Below, one piece after another: positions 1 through 12,396 of a stretch of DNA of 40,817 nt. Source of the stretch: Macrostomum lignano (taxonomy: Eukaryota); the NCBI GenBank assembly GCA_002269645.1, contig NIVC01001324.1, positions 1-40,817 of the forward strand, in the 5' to 3' direction. The notes beneath the pieces were generated by a model, which was given only the letters and a program-made list of their open reading frames with translations, did not search any database and was not told the origin of the DNA. The translations under genes were made by a program, and so were the position numbers. How positions within the stretch are numbered: position 1 is the first letter of the stretch; each line of letters starts with the position of its first letter.

Positions 1-444
1 CATTCGTTTTCTCTGACCAAAAAATCGGACCTTCAGACATGAAGGTCCGCCTTCAGGCATGAAGGTCCGCATTATGCAATTCGGACCTTATCCGGACCAT
101 AAGATTTACAGTGTGGCAAACCATGAGAAGGTGTGCAAGGCGAGACGAAATAGATGCGTCAAGAGTAAATGTCAGCAATGTGGAAGACAATCGTAAAATC
201 GAACCTAGCGAGGCACAGAAAGACATGTAAAGAACAACACCACAATCCACCGGAGATGGAGGAGAACAAGAGAAGAGCAAGAAAATACGAAGGAAGACAG
301 CAGAATGCGACAAGTGCGGAAGAACGTTATCGGCGACAAACATGGCGCGACACAAACGCACTTGCGGTGAAGCCTGACGCTGTTCACTCCACGCCGCAAG
401 GCGATAAACGGAGAAGAAGAAGAAGAAGAAGACACACTAAGCAG

Positions 445-1290
445 CTGTGATAGACTACATGCCAGTGGTAGTCAAACCTCTCGCACACAATCAGGGCGCA
501 ACAATTTTTCAATTGTCACCTGTACGGAGGATGGCACAGCCTCACATTACGGACGCTACAGTGCCTCCGAAAGCAGATCAATCCACCTTGCAATTTCGAG
601 ACTTTATTACCCCTCGGATTAAGATTGACCCGCGTAGTCAAATAAAAGTGACTACTCTTAGCAGCTGCCTTGAGCCACAACAGACGCGAGGTTTGATTAC
701 CCCTCGTAGGTCAGCATTTTCAGTCAACTGCTCAACTTTGATTCATCGGTTGAAGCGGGGTTCAATTATCCCTCACTGGTGGCCATACACCAACACTGCA
801 GACGCTTTAGACAACCCAATGGAGCATGCTCTAGCAAGAGCTAGAATAACGTCTGTCTTAAAAAAAGGCTACCTTAGAACTGGGCCAGTAGGAGCTTTTG
901 GAACCATGCCACAGCTCCATCTAGACACCCAGCTGCACCAGATAATAGGGTAATCTGATACACTAAGTAACCACGACAGACTACATGCCATTGGGAGTCA
1001 AACCTCTCCAGCACAATAAGAATGCAATAGTTTGTCGAAGAGCCAACAAAGCTATCACCTGCAGGGAGGGTGGGCACGGCCTCACATTACGAGCGCTAGC
1101 GTTTGCTGATATATGGCACTTTACCCCTCGCAGGTCAGCTTAGCAGCTGCCTTGAGTCCCAACAGAAGCGAGGATTGATTATCCATCGCAGGTCAGCTTA
1201 TAAGCTGCCTTGAGCCACAACAGAAGCGAGGATTGATTATCCATCGCAGGTCAGCTTATGAGCTGCCTTGAGCCACAACAGACGCGAAGT
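445..1290. repeat. Diverged direct duplication (about 530-bp period) ending in three 58-bp tandem units (1121-1288)
   Basis: AGACTACATGCCA..G.AGTCAAACCTCTC occurs near 452 and 979. GGCAC.GCCTCACATTACG occurs near 533 and 1072. CAGGTCAGC recurs at 1131, 1189 and 1247 (58-bp spacing). Confidence 0.75.
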
Positions 1291-1779
1291 CCAGTCTTAT
1301 CCATAACTTCATCGAGATTCGAGTCAATGGGAGCTGATCCCTGTGGATTTGCCGAATCACTTGATCTAGATCTCTGATGAATTCCGACTGAACTCCTGAA
1401 ATCTCATCCAGAACATTTTCATTTGGAAAACCTGAAATTTGGGTCTACAATTAGAATTTAGCAGTGTTCAAGGTGAAAAATTTCGGAAAATGCAGCCGGA
1501 ACAGCTTTCCTTTTTCCCGAACTTTTGCAGGATCACATTTCCGGAAAAAGGGGCTATTCCGGGCTAAAAATGCTGATCCGGGCCTTCACTTGGAAATCAA
1601 TTAAATTAGGCCTGGATCACGAAATTCTGAAAAAAATTATGGGTGAAAAGTACAACGGGTTCTTACAGACCGGATAACACAAAGGCATCTTTGAGGCATT
1701 TTCCATTATCTGGTTTGCAAACCAGATTCGCATCCTGTTATCCGGTAAATTTCAGATTCACACAGGTTTCTTACAGACT

Positions 1780-2480
1780 AGATAACGCACAGTTATTCTG
1801 ATTTAAATCTTGTACTGTTTTCTGTCTTTCAAACAAGCTTCGCACCATGTTATCCTGTGAAATTCCGATTCAAACAAGATTCGATCAACCAAGATAACAG
1901 AGAATTATCTGGTGGCGAATCTTGTACTGTTATCTGATTTTCAAACAAGATTCGCACCATGTTATCCTGTGAAATTCCGATTCAAACAAGATTCAATCAA
2001 CCAAGAAAACAAAAAATTATCTGGTGGCAAATCTTGTCATGTAATCTGATTTCTAAGCAAGATTCCGGCCATGTTATCTGGTGAAATTCAGATAACTCAC
2101 CAGATAACAGTCAAACAAGAAAACAAAAAATTATCTGGTGGCAAATCTTGTCATGTAATCTGATTTCTAAGCAAGATTCCGGCCATGTTATCTGGTGAAA
2201 TTCAGATAACTCACCAGATAACAGTCAAACAAGAAAACAAAAAATTATCTGGTGGCAAATCTTGTCATGTAATCTGATTTCTAAGCAAGATTCGGGCCAT
2301 GTTATCTGGTGAAATTCAGATAACTCACCAGATAACAGTCAAACAAGAAAACAAAAAATTATCTGGTGGCAAATCTTGTCATGTAATCTGATTTCTAAGC
2401 AAGATTCGGGCCATGTTATCTGGTGAAATTCAGATAACTCACCAGATAACAGTCAAATAAGAAAACAAAAAATTACCTGG
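1780..2480. repeat. 114-bp tandem array (about 4 near-perfect units at 2000-2480, degenerate units upstream) with internal palindromes
   Basis: ACAGTC recurs at 2107, 2221, 2335 and 2449. Each unit contains the inverted pair GTTATCTGGTGA...TCACCAGATAAC. Confidence 0.9.
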
Positions 2481-2592
2481 TGACGAATCTGGTGGTTTCA
2501 CCAGTTTCGCAACTCAAACAAGGAAATCGGTAGTGAATCTGACAAGATTTGCAAATTATCTTGTGGTGTTATCTGGTTTATTTACCAGAGGG

Positions 2593-3144
2593 GACTGATT
2601 GGTAGATTGTGTGGTAGTTGAGTGATTGGTAGATTTTGTGGTAGTTGAGTGATTGGTAGATTGTGTGGTAGTTGAGTGATTGGTAGATTGTGTGGTAGCA
2701 GACTGATTGGTAGATTGTGTGGTAGCAGACTGATTGGTAGATTGTGTGGTAGTTGAGTGATTGGTAGATTTTGTGGTAGTTGAGTGATTAATAGATTGTG
2801 TGGTAGTTGAGTGATTGGTAGATTGTGTGGTAGCAGACTGATTGGTAGATTGTGTGGTAGCAGACTGATTGGTAGATTGTGTGGTAGCAGACTGATTGGT
2901 AGATTGTGTGGTAGTTGAGTGATTGGTAGATTGTGTGGTAGTTGAGTGATTGGTAGATTGTGTGGTAGTTGAGTGATTGGTAGATTGTGTGGTAGCAGAC
3001 TGCTTGGTAGATTGTGTGGTAGTTGAGTGATTGGTAGATTGTGTGGTAGTTGAGTGATTGGTAGATTGTGTGGTAGCAGACTGATTAGTAGATTGTGTGG
3101 TAGTTGAGTGATTGGTAGATTGTGTGGTAGCAGACTGCTTGGTA
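2593..3144. repeat. 27-bp minisatellite, about 20 copies (GAGTGATTGGTAGATTGTGTGGTAGTT / GACTGATTGGTAGATTGTGTGGTAGCA)
   Basis: Directly visible. It accounts for the repetitive ORF 2582..3187. Confidence 0.97.
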
Positions 3145-3191
3145 GGCCGGATATCAGACCAACTGCTTTATTTTCTCTCGGTTGCACTCAG

Positions 3192-3335
3192 CTGTTTTCG
3201 GATAAGCTGCGCAGAGTCAGCACAGGCGGCGGTGACGTAGACACAGCCCAGATGGACCGGCGGGTGCGCAAGTTCTACAAGCAGCAAGACCGGATGATTG
3301 ACACCTATCAGAGGATCTACAATGATATTGTTCAG
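3192..3335 (+). CDS. Mn-type cation diffusion facilitator (MTP8-11-like), first visible coding exon
   Basis: Acceptor CACTCAG (3190-91) and donor CAG|GTAAG (3336), phase 0. Encodes VRKFYKQQDRMIDTY, matching the FY..Q N-terminal motif of Mn-CDFs. The true start may be in an upstream exon or at ATG 3252. Confidence 0.75.
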
Positions 3336-3414
3336 GTAAGTTGTGGAACGAAACTGTAACGTTGCGAACCTCCTGAAACTTTCTGCAAACTCTGGATGTT
3401 ATTATGGAAGCTTC

Positions 3415-4727
3415 CTGACAATCAGCCCAATTCCGCCCGGACAATCAGCCTGAATCCGCCCTGACAATCAGCCTGAATCCGCCCTGACAATCAGCCTGAA
3501 TCCGCCCGGACAATCAGCCTGAATCCGCCCGGACAATCAGCCTGAATCCGCCCGGACAATCAGCCTGAATCCGCCCTGACAATCAGCCTGAATCCGCCCT
3601 AAAATCAGTCTGAATCCGCACTGACAATCAGCCTGAATCCGCCCTGACAATCAACCTGAATCCGCACTGACAATCAGCCTGAATCCGCCCTGACAATCAG
3701 TCTGAATCCGCACTGACAATCAGCCTGAATCCGCCCTGACAATCAACCTGAATCCGCACTGACAATCAGCCTGAATCCGCCCTGACAATCAGTCTGAATC
3801 CGCACTGACAATCAGCCTGAATCCGCCCTGACAATCAACCTGAATCCGCACTGACAATCAGCCTGAATCCGCCCTGACAATCAGCCTGAATCCGCCCTGA
3901 CAATCAACCTGAATCCGCACTGACAATCAGCCTGAATCCGCCCTGACAATCAGTCTGAATCCGCACTGACAATCAGCCTGAATCCGCCCTGACATTCAGC
4001 CTGAATCCGCACTGACAATCAGCCTGAATCCGCCCTGACAATCAACCTGAATCCGCACTGACAATCAGCCTGAATCCGCCCTGACATTCAGCCTGAATCC
4101 GCACTGACAATCAGCCTGAATCCGCCCTGACATTCAGCCTGAATCCGCACTGACAATCAGCCTGAATCCGCCCTGACATTCAGCCTGAATCCGCCCTGAC
4201 AATCAGTCTGAATCCGCACTGACAATAAGTCTGAATCCGCACTGACAATCATCCTGAGCCTGAATCCGCCCTGACAATCAGCCCAATTCCGCCCTGACAA
4301 TCAGTCTGAATCCGCACTGACATTCAGTCTGAATCCGCACTGACAATCAGTCTGAATCCGCACTGACATTCAGTCTGAATCCGCACTGACAATCAGTCTG
4401 AATCCGCACTGACATTCAGTCTGAATCCGCACTGACAATCAGTCTGAATCCGCACTGACATTCAGCCTGAATTCGCCCTGACATTCAGCCTGAATCCGCA
4501 CTGACATTCAGTCTGAATCCGCACTGACAATCAGTCTGAATCCGCACTGACATTCAGCCTGAATCCGCCCTGACATTCAGCCTGAATCCGCACTGACATT
4601 CAGCCTGAATTCGCCCTGACATTCAGCCTGAATCCGCACTGACATTCAGCCTGAATCCGCCCTGACAATCAGCCTAAATCCGCCCTGACAATCAACCTGA
4701 ATCCGCACTGACAATCAGCCTGAATCA
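3415..4727. repeat. 23-bp minisatellite (CTGACAATCAGCCTGAATCCGCC), about 57 copies, filling a CDF intron
   Basis: Directly visible; ACAATCAG recurs at 3441 and 3464. Confidence 0.97.
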
Positions 4728-4752
4728 ATAATCCCCTACTCTCATCCTCAAG

Positions 4753-5233
4753 GCCGATGACCCACCAGTGAGAGGTGAAAACGGCGGCGACCCGGACGCA
4801 GTCGATATTGAAGAGTCGGACACGAGGTGCTCCATTCGGCTTGCCCAGTTGTCATTTTTTATCAACTTAGCATTGGCTATCATCAAAGGCACCGCCATCG
4901 CTCTGTCCGGCTCATTATCTGTTGTCTCTTCGCTAATTGATTCGCTAATTGATCTAGTCAGCGGTATCGTTGTTTGGATCGCTAATCGGCAGGTGAAATC
5001 CCGGAATCCTTATTATTATCCGCAGGGCAAGACTCGCCTGGAACCCATCGCTATTGTCATTCTGGCCGTTATCATGTCCACGTCTACAATTCAGATTATT
5101 ATTAAAGCTATCGAGTCTATTGTCAATATGGCCATGGACACTAAGACTGTAGCCAGCAATGCCAGTTTCTGTTTATGCGACAATGATGCTAATGGTTCCG
5201 TGTTCGTCTCCGGACTGGCAGCGGGCCACGGTG
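4753..5233 (+). CDS. Mn-type CDF, exon with TM1-TM3
   Basis: Acceptor CCTCAAG (4751-52) in phase 0. Encodes SLIDSLIDLVSG (TM2 DxxxD) and YPQGKTRLEP. Donor G|GTAGGT at 5234 is phase 1 and matches the next acceptor. Confidence 0.9.
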
Positions 5234-5344
5234 GTAGGTCGCTGACTTGTACGCCTGCATATTTTCTAGAACTGTCTTACGGAAGCGACTAGTGTGTCTC
5301 ACGTTGTCCAGATGTGTCTTTTCGTGAATAGTTCTTGTTTTTGT

Positions 5345-8300
5345 TAGATGGTCCGTGTGTCTCATGGTAGATGGTCCGTGTGTCTCATGGTAGATTATCC
5401 GTGTGTCTCATGGTAGATGGTCCGTGTGTCTCATGGTAGATTATCCGTGTGTCTCACGGTAGATGGTCCGTGTGTCTCATGGTAGATGGTCCGTGTGTCT
5501 CATGGTAGATGGTCCGTGTGTCTCATGGTAGATTATCCGTGTGTCTCATGGTAGTTATCCGTGTGTCTCATGGTGATTATCCGTGTGTCTCATGGTCCCC
5601 GTGTGTCTCATGGTAGATTATCCTCATGGTAGATGGTCCGTGTGTCTCATGGTAGATGGTCCGTGTGTCTCATGGTAGATTATCCGTGTGTCTCATGGTA
5701 GATTATCCGTGTGTCTCATGGTAGATTATCCGTGTGTCTCATGGTAGATGGTCCCCGTGTGTCTCATGGTAGATTATCCGTGTGTCTCATGGTAGATTAT
5801 CCGTGTGTCTCATGGTAGATGGTCCGTGTGTCTCATGGTAGATTATCCGTGTGTCTCATGGTAGATGGTCCGTGTGTCTCATGGTAGATTATCCGTGTGT
5901 CTCATGGTAGATGGTCCATGTGTGTCTCATGGTAGATGGTCCATGTGTCTCATGGTAGATGGTCCGTGTGTCTCATGGTAGATTATCCGTGTGTCTCATG
6001 GTAGATTATCCGTGTGTCTCATGGTAGATTATCCGTGTGTCTCATGGTAGATGGTCCCGTGTGTCTCATGGTAGATTATCCGTGTGTCTCATGGTAGATG
6101 GTCCGTGTGTCTCATGGTAGATTATCCGTGTGTCTCTTGGTAGATTATCCGTGTGTCTCATGGTAGATTATCCGTGTGTCTCATGGTAGATGGTCCCGTG
6201 TGTCTCATGGTAGATTATCCGTGTGTCTCATGGTAGATTATCCGTGTGTCTCATGGTAGATTATCCGTGTGTCTCATGGTAGATGGTCCGTGTGTCTCAT
6301 GGTAGATTATCCGTGTGTCTCATGGTAGATGGTCCGTGTGTCTCATGGTAGATTATCCGTGTGTCTCATGGTAGATGGTCCATGTGTGTCTCATGGTAGA
6401 TGGTCCATGTGTCTCATGGTAGATTATCCGTGTGTCTCATGGTAGATTATCCGTGTGTCTCATGGTAGATGGTCCGTGTGTCTCATGGTAGATGGTCCGT
6501 GTGTCTCATGGTAGATGGTCCGTGTGTCTCATGGTAGATGGTCCGTGTGTCTCATGGTAGATTATCCGTGTGTCTCATGGTAGATTATCCGTGTGTCTCA
6601 TGGTAGATGGTCCGTGTGTCTCATGGTAGATGGTCCGTGTGTCTCATGGTAGATTATCCGTGTGTCTCATGGTAGATTATCCGTGTGTCTCATGGTAGAT
6701 TATCCGTGTGTCTCATGGTAGATGGTCCGTGTGTCTCATGGTAGATTATCCGTGTGTCTCATGGTAGATGGTCCGTGTGTCTCATGGTAGATTATCCGTG
6801 TGTCTCATGGTAGATGGTCCATGTGTGTCTCATGGTAGATGGTCCATGTGTCTCATGGTAGATGGTCCGTGTGTCTCATGGTAGATTATCCGTGTGTCTC
6901 ATGGTAGATTATCCGTGTGTCTCATGGTAGATTATCCGTGTGTCTCATGGTAGATGGTCCCCGTGTGTCTCATGGTAGATTATCCGTGTGTCTCATGGTA
7001 GATGGTCCGTGTGTCTCATGGTAGATTATCCGTGTGTCTCTTGGTAGATTATCCGTGTGTCTCATGGTAGATTATCCGTGTGTCTCATGGTAGATGGTCC
7101 CGTGTGTCTCATGGTAGATTATCCGTGTGTCTCATGGTAGATGGTCCGTGTGTCTCATGGTAGATTATCCGTGTGTCTCATGGTAGATTATCCGTGTGTC
7201 TCATGGTAGATGGTCCCCGTGTGTCTCATGGTAGATGGTCCGTGTGTCTCATGGTAGATTATCCGTGTGTCTCATGGTAGATGGTCCCCGTGTGTCTCAT
7301 GGTAGATTATCCGTGTGTCTCATAGTAGATGGTCCATGTGTCTCATGGTAGATTATCCGTGTGTCTCATGGTAGATGGTCCCCGTGTGTCTCATGGTAGA
7401 TTATCCGTGTGTCTCACGGTAGATGGTCCGTGTGTCTCCTGGTAGATTATCCGTGTGTCTCATGATAGATGGTCCCCGTGTGTCTCATGGTAGATGGTCC
7501 GTGTGTCTCATGGTAGATTATCCGTGTGTCTCATGGTAGATGGTCCGTGTGTCTCATGATAGATGGTCCGTGTGTCTCATGGTAGATTATCCGTGTGTCT
7601 CATGGTAGATTATCCCTGTGTCTCATGGTAGATTATCCGTGTGTCTCATGGTAGATTATCCGTGTGTCTCATGGTAGATGGTCCCGTGTGTCGTATGGTA
7701 GATTATCCGTGTGTCTCATGATAGATGGTCCCCGTGTGTCTCATGGTAGATGGTCCGTGTGTCTCATGGTAGATTATCCGTGTGTCTCATGGTAGATGGT
7801 CCCCGTGTGTCTCATGGTAGATTATCCGTGTGTCTCATGGTAGATGGTCCCCGTGTGTCTCATGGTAGATTATCCGTGTGTCTCATGGTAGATGGTCCGT
7901 GTGTCTCATGGTAGATTATCCGTGTGTCTCATGGTAGATTATCCGTGTGTCTCATGGTAGATGGTCCCGTGTGTCTCATGGTAGATGGTCCGTGTGTCTC
8001 ATGGTAGATTATCCGTGTGTCTCATGGTAGATGGTCCGTGTGTCTCATGATAGATGGTCCGTGTGTCTCCTGGTAGATTATCCGTGTGTCTCATGATAGA
8101 TGGTCCCCGTGTGTCTCATGGTAGATGGTCCGTGTGTCTCATGGTAGATTATCCGTGTGTCTCATGGTAGATGGTCCGTGTGTCTCATGATAGATGGTCC
8201 GTGTGTCTCATGGTAGATTATCCGTGTGTCTCATGGTAGATTATCCGTGTGTCTCATGGTAGATTATCCGTGTGTCTCATGGTAGATTATCCGTGTGTCT

Positions 8301-11300
8301 CATGGTAGATGGTCCCCGTGTGTCGTATGGTAGATTATCCGTGTGTCTCATGATAGATGGTCCCCGTGTGTCTCATGGTAGATGGTCCGTGTGTCTCATG
8401 GTAGATTATCCGTGTGTCTCATGGTAGATGGTCCCCGTGTGTCTCATGGTAGATTATCCGTGTGTCTCATGGTAGATGGTCCGTGCGTCTCATGGTAGAT
8501 TATCCGTGTGTCTCATGGTAGATGGTCCCCGTGTGTCTCATGGTAGATTATCCGTGTGTCTCATGGTAGATGGTCCGTGTGTCTCATGGTAGATTATCCG
8601 TGTGTCTCATGGTAGATTATCCGTGTGTCTCATGGTAGATGGTCCCCGTGTGTCTCATGGTAGATGGTCCGTGTGTCTCATGGTAGATTATCCGTGTGTC
8701 TCATGGTAGATTATCCGTGTGTCTCATGGTAGATTATCCGTGTGTCTCATGGTAGATGGTCCGTGTGTCTCATGGTAGATTATCCGTGTGTCTCATGGTA
8801 GATGGTCCGTGTGTCTCATGGTAGATTATCCGTGTGTCTCATGGTAGATGGTCCATGTGTGTCTCATGGTAGATGGTCCGTGTGTCTCATGGTAGATTAT
8901 CCGTGTGTCTCATGGTAGATGGTCCCCGTGTGTCTCATGGTAGATTATCCGTGTGTCTCATGGTAGATGGTCCGTGTGTCTCATGGTAGATTATCCGTGT
9001 GTCTCATGGTAGATTATCCGTGTGTCTCATGGTAGATGGTCCCCGTGTGTCTCATGGTAGATGGTCCGTGTGTCTCATGGTAGATTATCCGTGTGTCTCA
9101 TGGTAGATGGTCCCCGTGTGTCTCATGGTAGATTATCCGTGTGTCTCATGGTAGATGGTCCGTGTGTCTCATGGTAGATTATCCGTGTTTTTCATGGTAG
9201 ATGGTCCCCGTGTGTCTCATGGTAGATTATCCGTGTGTCTCACGGTAGATGGTCCGTGTGTCTCCTGGTAGATTATCCGTGTGTCTCATGATAGATGGTC
9301 CCCGTGTGTCTCATGGTAGATGGTCCGTGTGTCTCATGGTAGATTATCCGTGTGTCTCATGGTAGATGGTCCGTGTGTCTCATGATAGATGGTCCGTGTG
9401 TCTCATGGTAGATTATCCGTGTGTCTCATGGTAGATTATCCGTGTGTCTCATGGTAGATTATCCGTGTGTCTCATGGTAGATTATCCGTGTGTCTCATGG
9501 TAGATGGTCCGTGTGTCGTATGGTAGATTATCCGTGTGTCTCATGATAGATGGTCCCCGTGTGTCTCATGGTAGATTATCCGTGTGTCTCATGGTAGATG
9601 GTCCGTGTGTCTCATGGTAGATTATCCGTGTGTCTCATGGTAGATTATCCGTGTGTCTCATGGTAGATGGTCCCGTGTGTCTCATGGTAGATGGTCCGTG
9701 TGTCTCATGGTAGATTATCCGTGTGTCTCATGGTAGATGGTCCCCGTGTGTCTCATGGTAGATTATCCGTGTGTCTCATGGTAGATGGTCCGTGTGTCTC
9801 ATGGTAGATTATCCGTGTTTTTCATGGTAGATGGTCCCCGTGTGTCTCATGGTAGATTATCCGTGTGTCTCACGGTAGATGGTCCGTGTGTCTCCTGGTA
9901 GATTATCCGTGTGTCTCATGATAGATGGTCCCCGTGTGTCTCATGGTAGATGGTCCGTGTGTCTCATGGTAGATTATCCGTGTGTCTCATGGTAGATGGT
10001 CCGTGTGTCTCATGATAGATGGTCCGTGTGTCTCATGGTAGATTATCCGTGTGTCTCATGGTAGATTATCCGTGTGTCTCATGGTAGATTATCCGTGTGT
10101 CTCATGGTAGATTATCCGTGTGTCTCATGGTAGATGGTCCCCGTGTGTCGTATGGTAGATTATCCGTGTGTCTCATGATAGATGTGTCTCATGGTAGATT
10201 ATCCGTGTGTCTCATGGTAGATGGTCCGTGTGTCTCATGGTAGATTATCCGTGTGTCTCATGGTAGATGGTCCCCGTGTGTCTCATGGTAGATTATCCGT
10301 GTGTCTCATGGTAGATGGTCTCCCGTGTGTCTCATGGTAGATTATCCGTGTGTCTCATGGTAGATGGTCCGTGTGTCTCATGGTAGATTATCCGTGTGTC
10401 TCATGGTAGATTATCCGTGTGTCTCATGGTAGATGGTCCGTGTGTCTCATGGTAGATGGTCCGTGTGTCTCATGGTAGATTATCCGTGTGTCTCATGGTA
10501 GATGGTCCGTGTGTCTCATGATAGATGGTCCGTGTGTCTCCTGGTAGATTATCCGTGTGTCTCATGATAGATGGTCCCCGTGTGTCTCATGGTAGATGGT
10601 CCGTGTGTCTCATGGTAGATTATCCGTGTGTCTCATGGTAGATGGTCCGTGTGTCTCATGATAGATGGTCCGTGTGTCTCATGGTAGATTATCCGTGTGT
10701 CTCATGGTAGATTATCCGTGTGTCTCATGGTAGATTATCCGTGTGTCTCATGGTAGATTATCCGTGTGTCTCATGGTAGATGGTCCGTGTGTCGTATGGT
10801 AGATTATCCGTGTGTCTCATGATAGATGGTCCGTGTGTCTCATGGTAGATGGTCCGTGTGTCTCATGGTAGATTATCCGTGTGTCTCATGGTAGATGGTC
10901 CCCGTGTGTCTCATGGTAGATTATCCGTGTGTCTCATGGTAGATGGTCCGTGCGTCTCATGGTAGATTATCCGTGTGTCTCATGGTAGATGGTCCCCGTG
11001 TGTCTCATGGTAGATTATCCGTGTGTCTCATGGTAGATGGTCCGTGTGTCTCATGGTAGATTATCCGTGTGTCTCATGGTAGATTATCCGTGTGTCTCAT
11101 GGTAGATGGTCCCGTGTGTCTCATGGTAGATGGTCCGTGTGTCTCATGGTAGATTATCCGTGTGTCTCATGGTAGATGGTCCGTGTGTCTCATGATAGAT
11201 GGTCCGTGTGTCTCATGGTAGATTATCCGTGTGTCTCATGGTAGATTATCCGTGTGTCTCATGGTAGATGGTCCGTGTGTCTCATGGTAGATTATCCGTG

Positions 11301-12350
11301 TGTCTCATGGTAGATGGTCCGTGTGTCTCATGGTAGATTATCCGTGTGTCTCATGGTAGATTATCCGTGTGTCTCATGGTAGATGGTCCCCGTGTGTCTC
11401 ATGGTAGATGGTCCGTGTGTCTCATGGTAGATGGTCCGTGTGTCTCATGGTAGATGGTCCCCGTGTGTCTCATGGTAGATTATTCGTGTGTCTCATGGTA
11501 GATGGTCTCCGTGTGTCTTATGGTAGATTATCCGTGTGTCTCATGGTAGATGGTCCGTGTGTCTCATGGTAGATTATCCGTGTGTCTCATGGTAGATTAT
11601 CCGTGTGTCTCATGGTAGATTATCCGTGTGTCTCATGGTAGATGGTCCGTGTGTCTCATGGTAGATTATCCGTGTGTCTCATGGTAGATTGTCCGTGTGT
11701 CTAATGGTAGATTATCCGTGTGTCTCATGGTAGATTATCCGTGTGTCTCATGGTAGATGGTCCCCGTGTGTCTCATGGTAGATGGTCCGTGTGTCTCATG
11801 GTAGATTATCCGTGTGTCTCATGGTAGATGGTCCCCGTGTGTCTCATGGTAGATTATCCGTGTGTCTCATGGTAGATGGTCCGTGTGTCTCATGGTAGAT
11901 TATCCGTGTGTCTCATGGTAGATGGTCCCCGTGTGTCTCATGGTAGATTATCCGTGTGTCTCACGGTAGATGGTCCGTGTGTCTCCTGGTAGATTATCCG
12001 TGTGTCTCATGGTAGATGGTCCCCGTGTGTCTCATGGTAGATGGTCCGTGTGTCTCATGGTAGATGGTCCGTGTGTCTCATGGTAGATTATCCGTGTGTC
12101 TCATGATAGATGGTCCGTGTGTCGTATGGTAGATTATCCGTGTGTCTCATGATAGATGGTCCCCGTGTGTCTCATGGTAGATTATCCGTGTGTCTCATGG
12201 TAGATTATCCGTGTGTCTCATGGTAGATTATCCGTGTGTCTCATGGTAGATTATCCGTGTGTCTCATGGTAGATTATTCGTGTGTCTCATGGTAGATGGT
12301 CCGTGTGTCTTATGGTAGATGGTCCGTGTGTCTCACGGTAGATGGTCTGT
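5345..12350. repeat. About 7-kb satellite of 23(-25)-bp units GTGTGTCTCATGGTAGA(TTATCC|TGGTCC), roughly 300 copies, inside the CDF intron
   Basis: Directly visible. Two main variants are interspersed, and rare variants recur at about 630-bp spacing. Confidence 0.99.
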
Positions 12351-12396
12351 GTCCCATCGACCCGTTTCTAAGCGAATGGTCCTTTGCATTTTGCAG

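Noticed and set aside
169-953. ORFs 169..450 and 447..953 as genes or as the first CDF exon
   Set aside because: No recognisable domain, low complexity or within a duplicated repeat, and no convincing splice link to 3192.
5345-12350. CRISPR-like array
   Set aside because: The units are contiguous with no unique spacers, there are no cas genes, and the array lies in a spliceosomal intron. The same applies to the 32-, 33- and 34-bp arrays.
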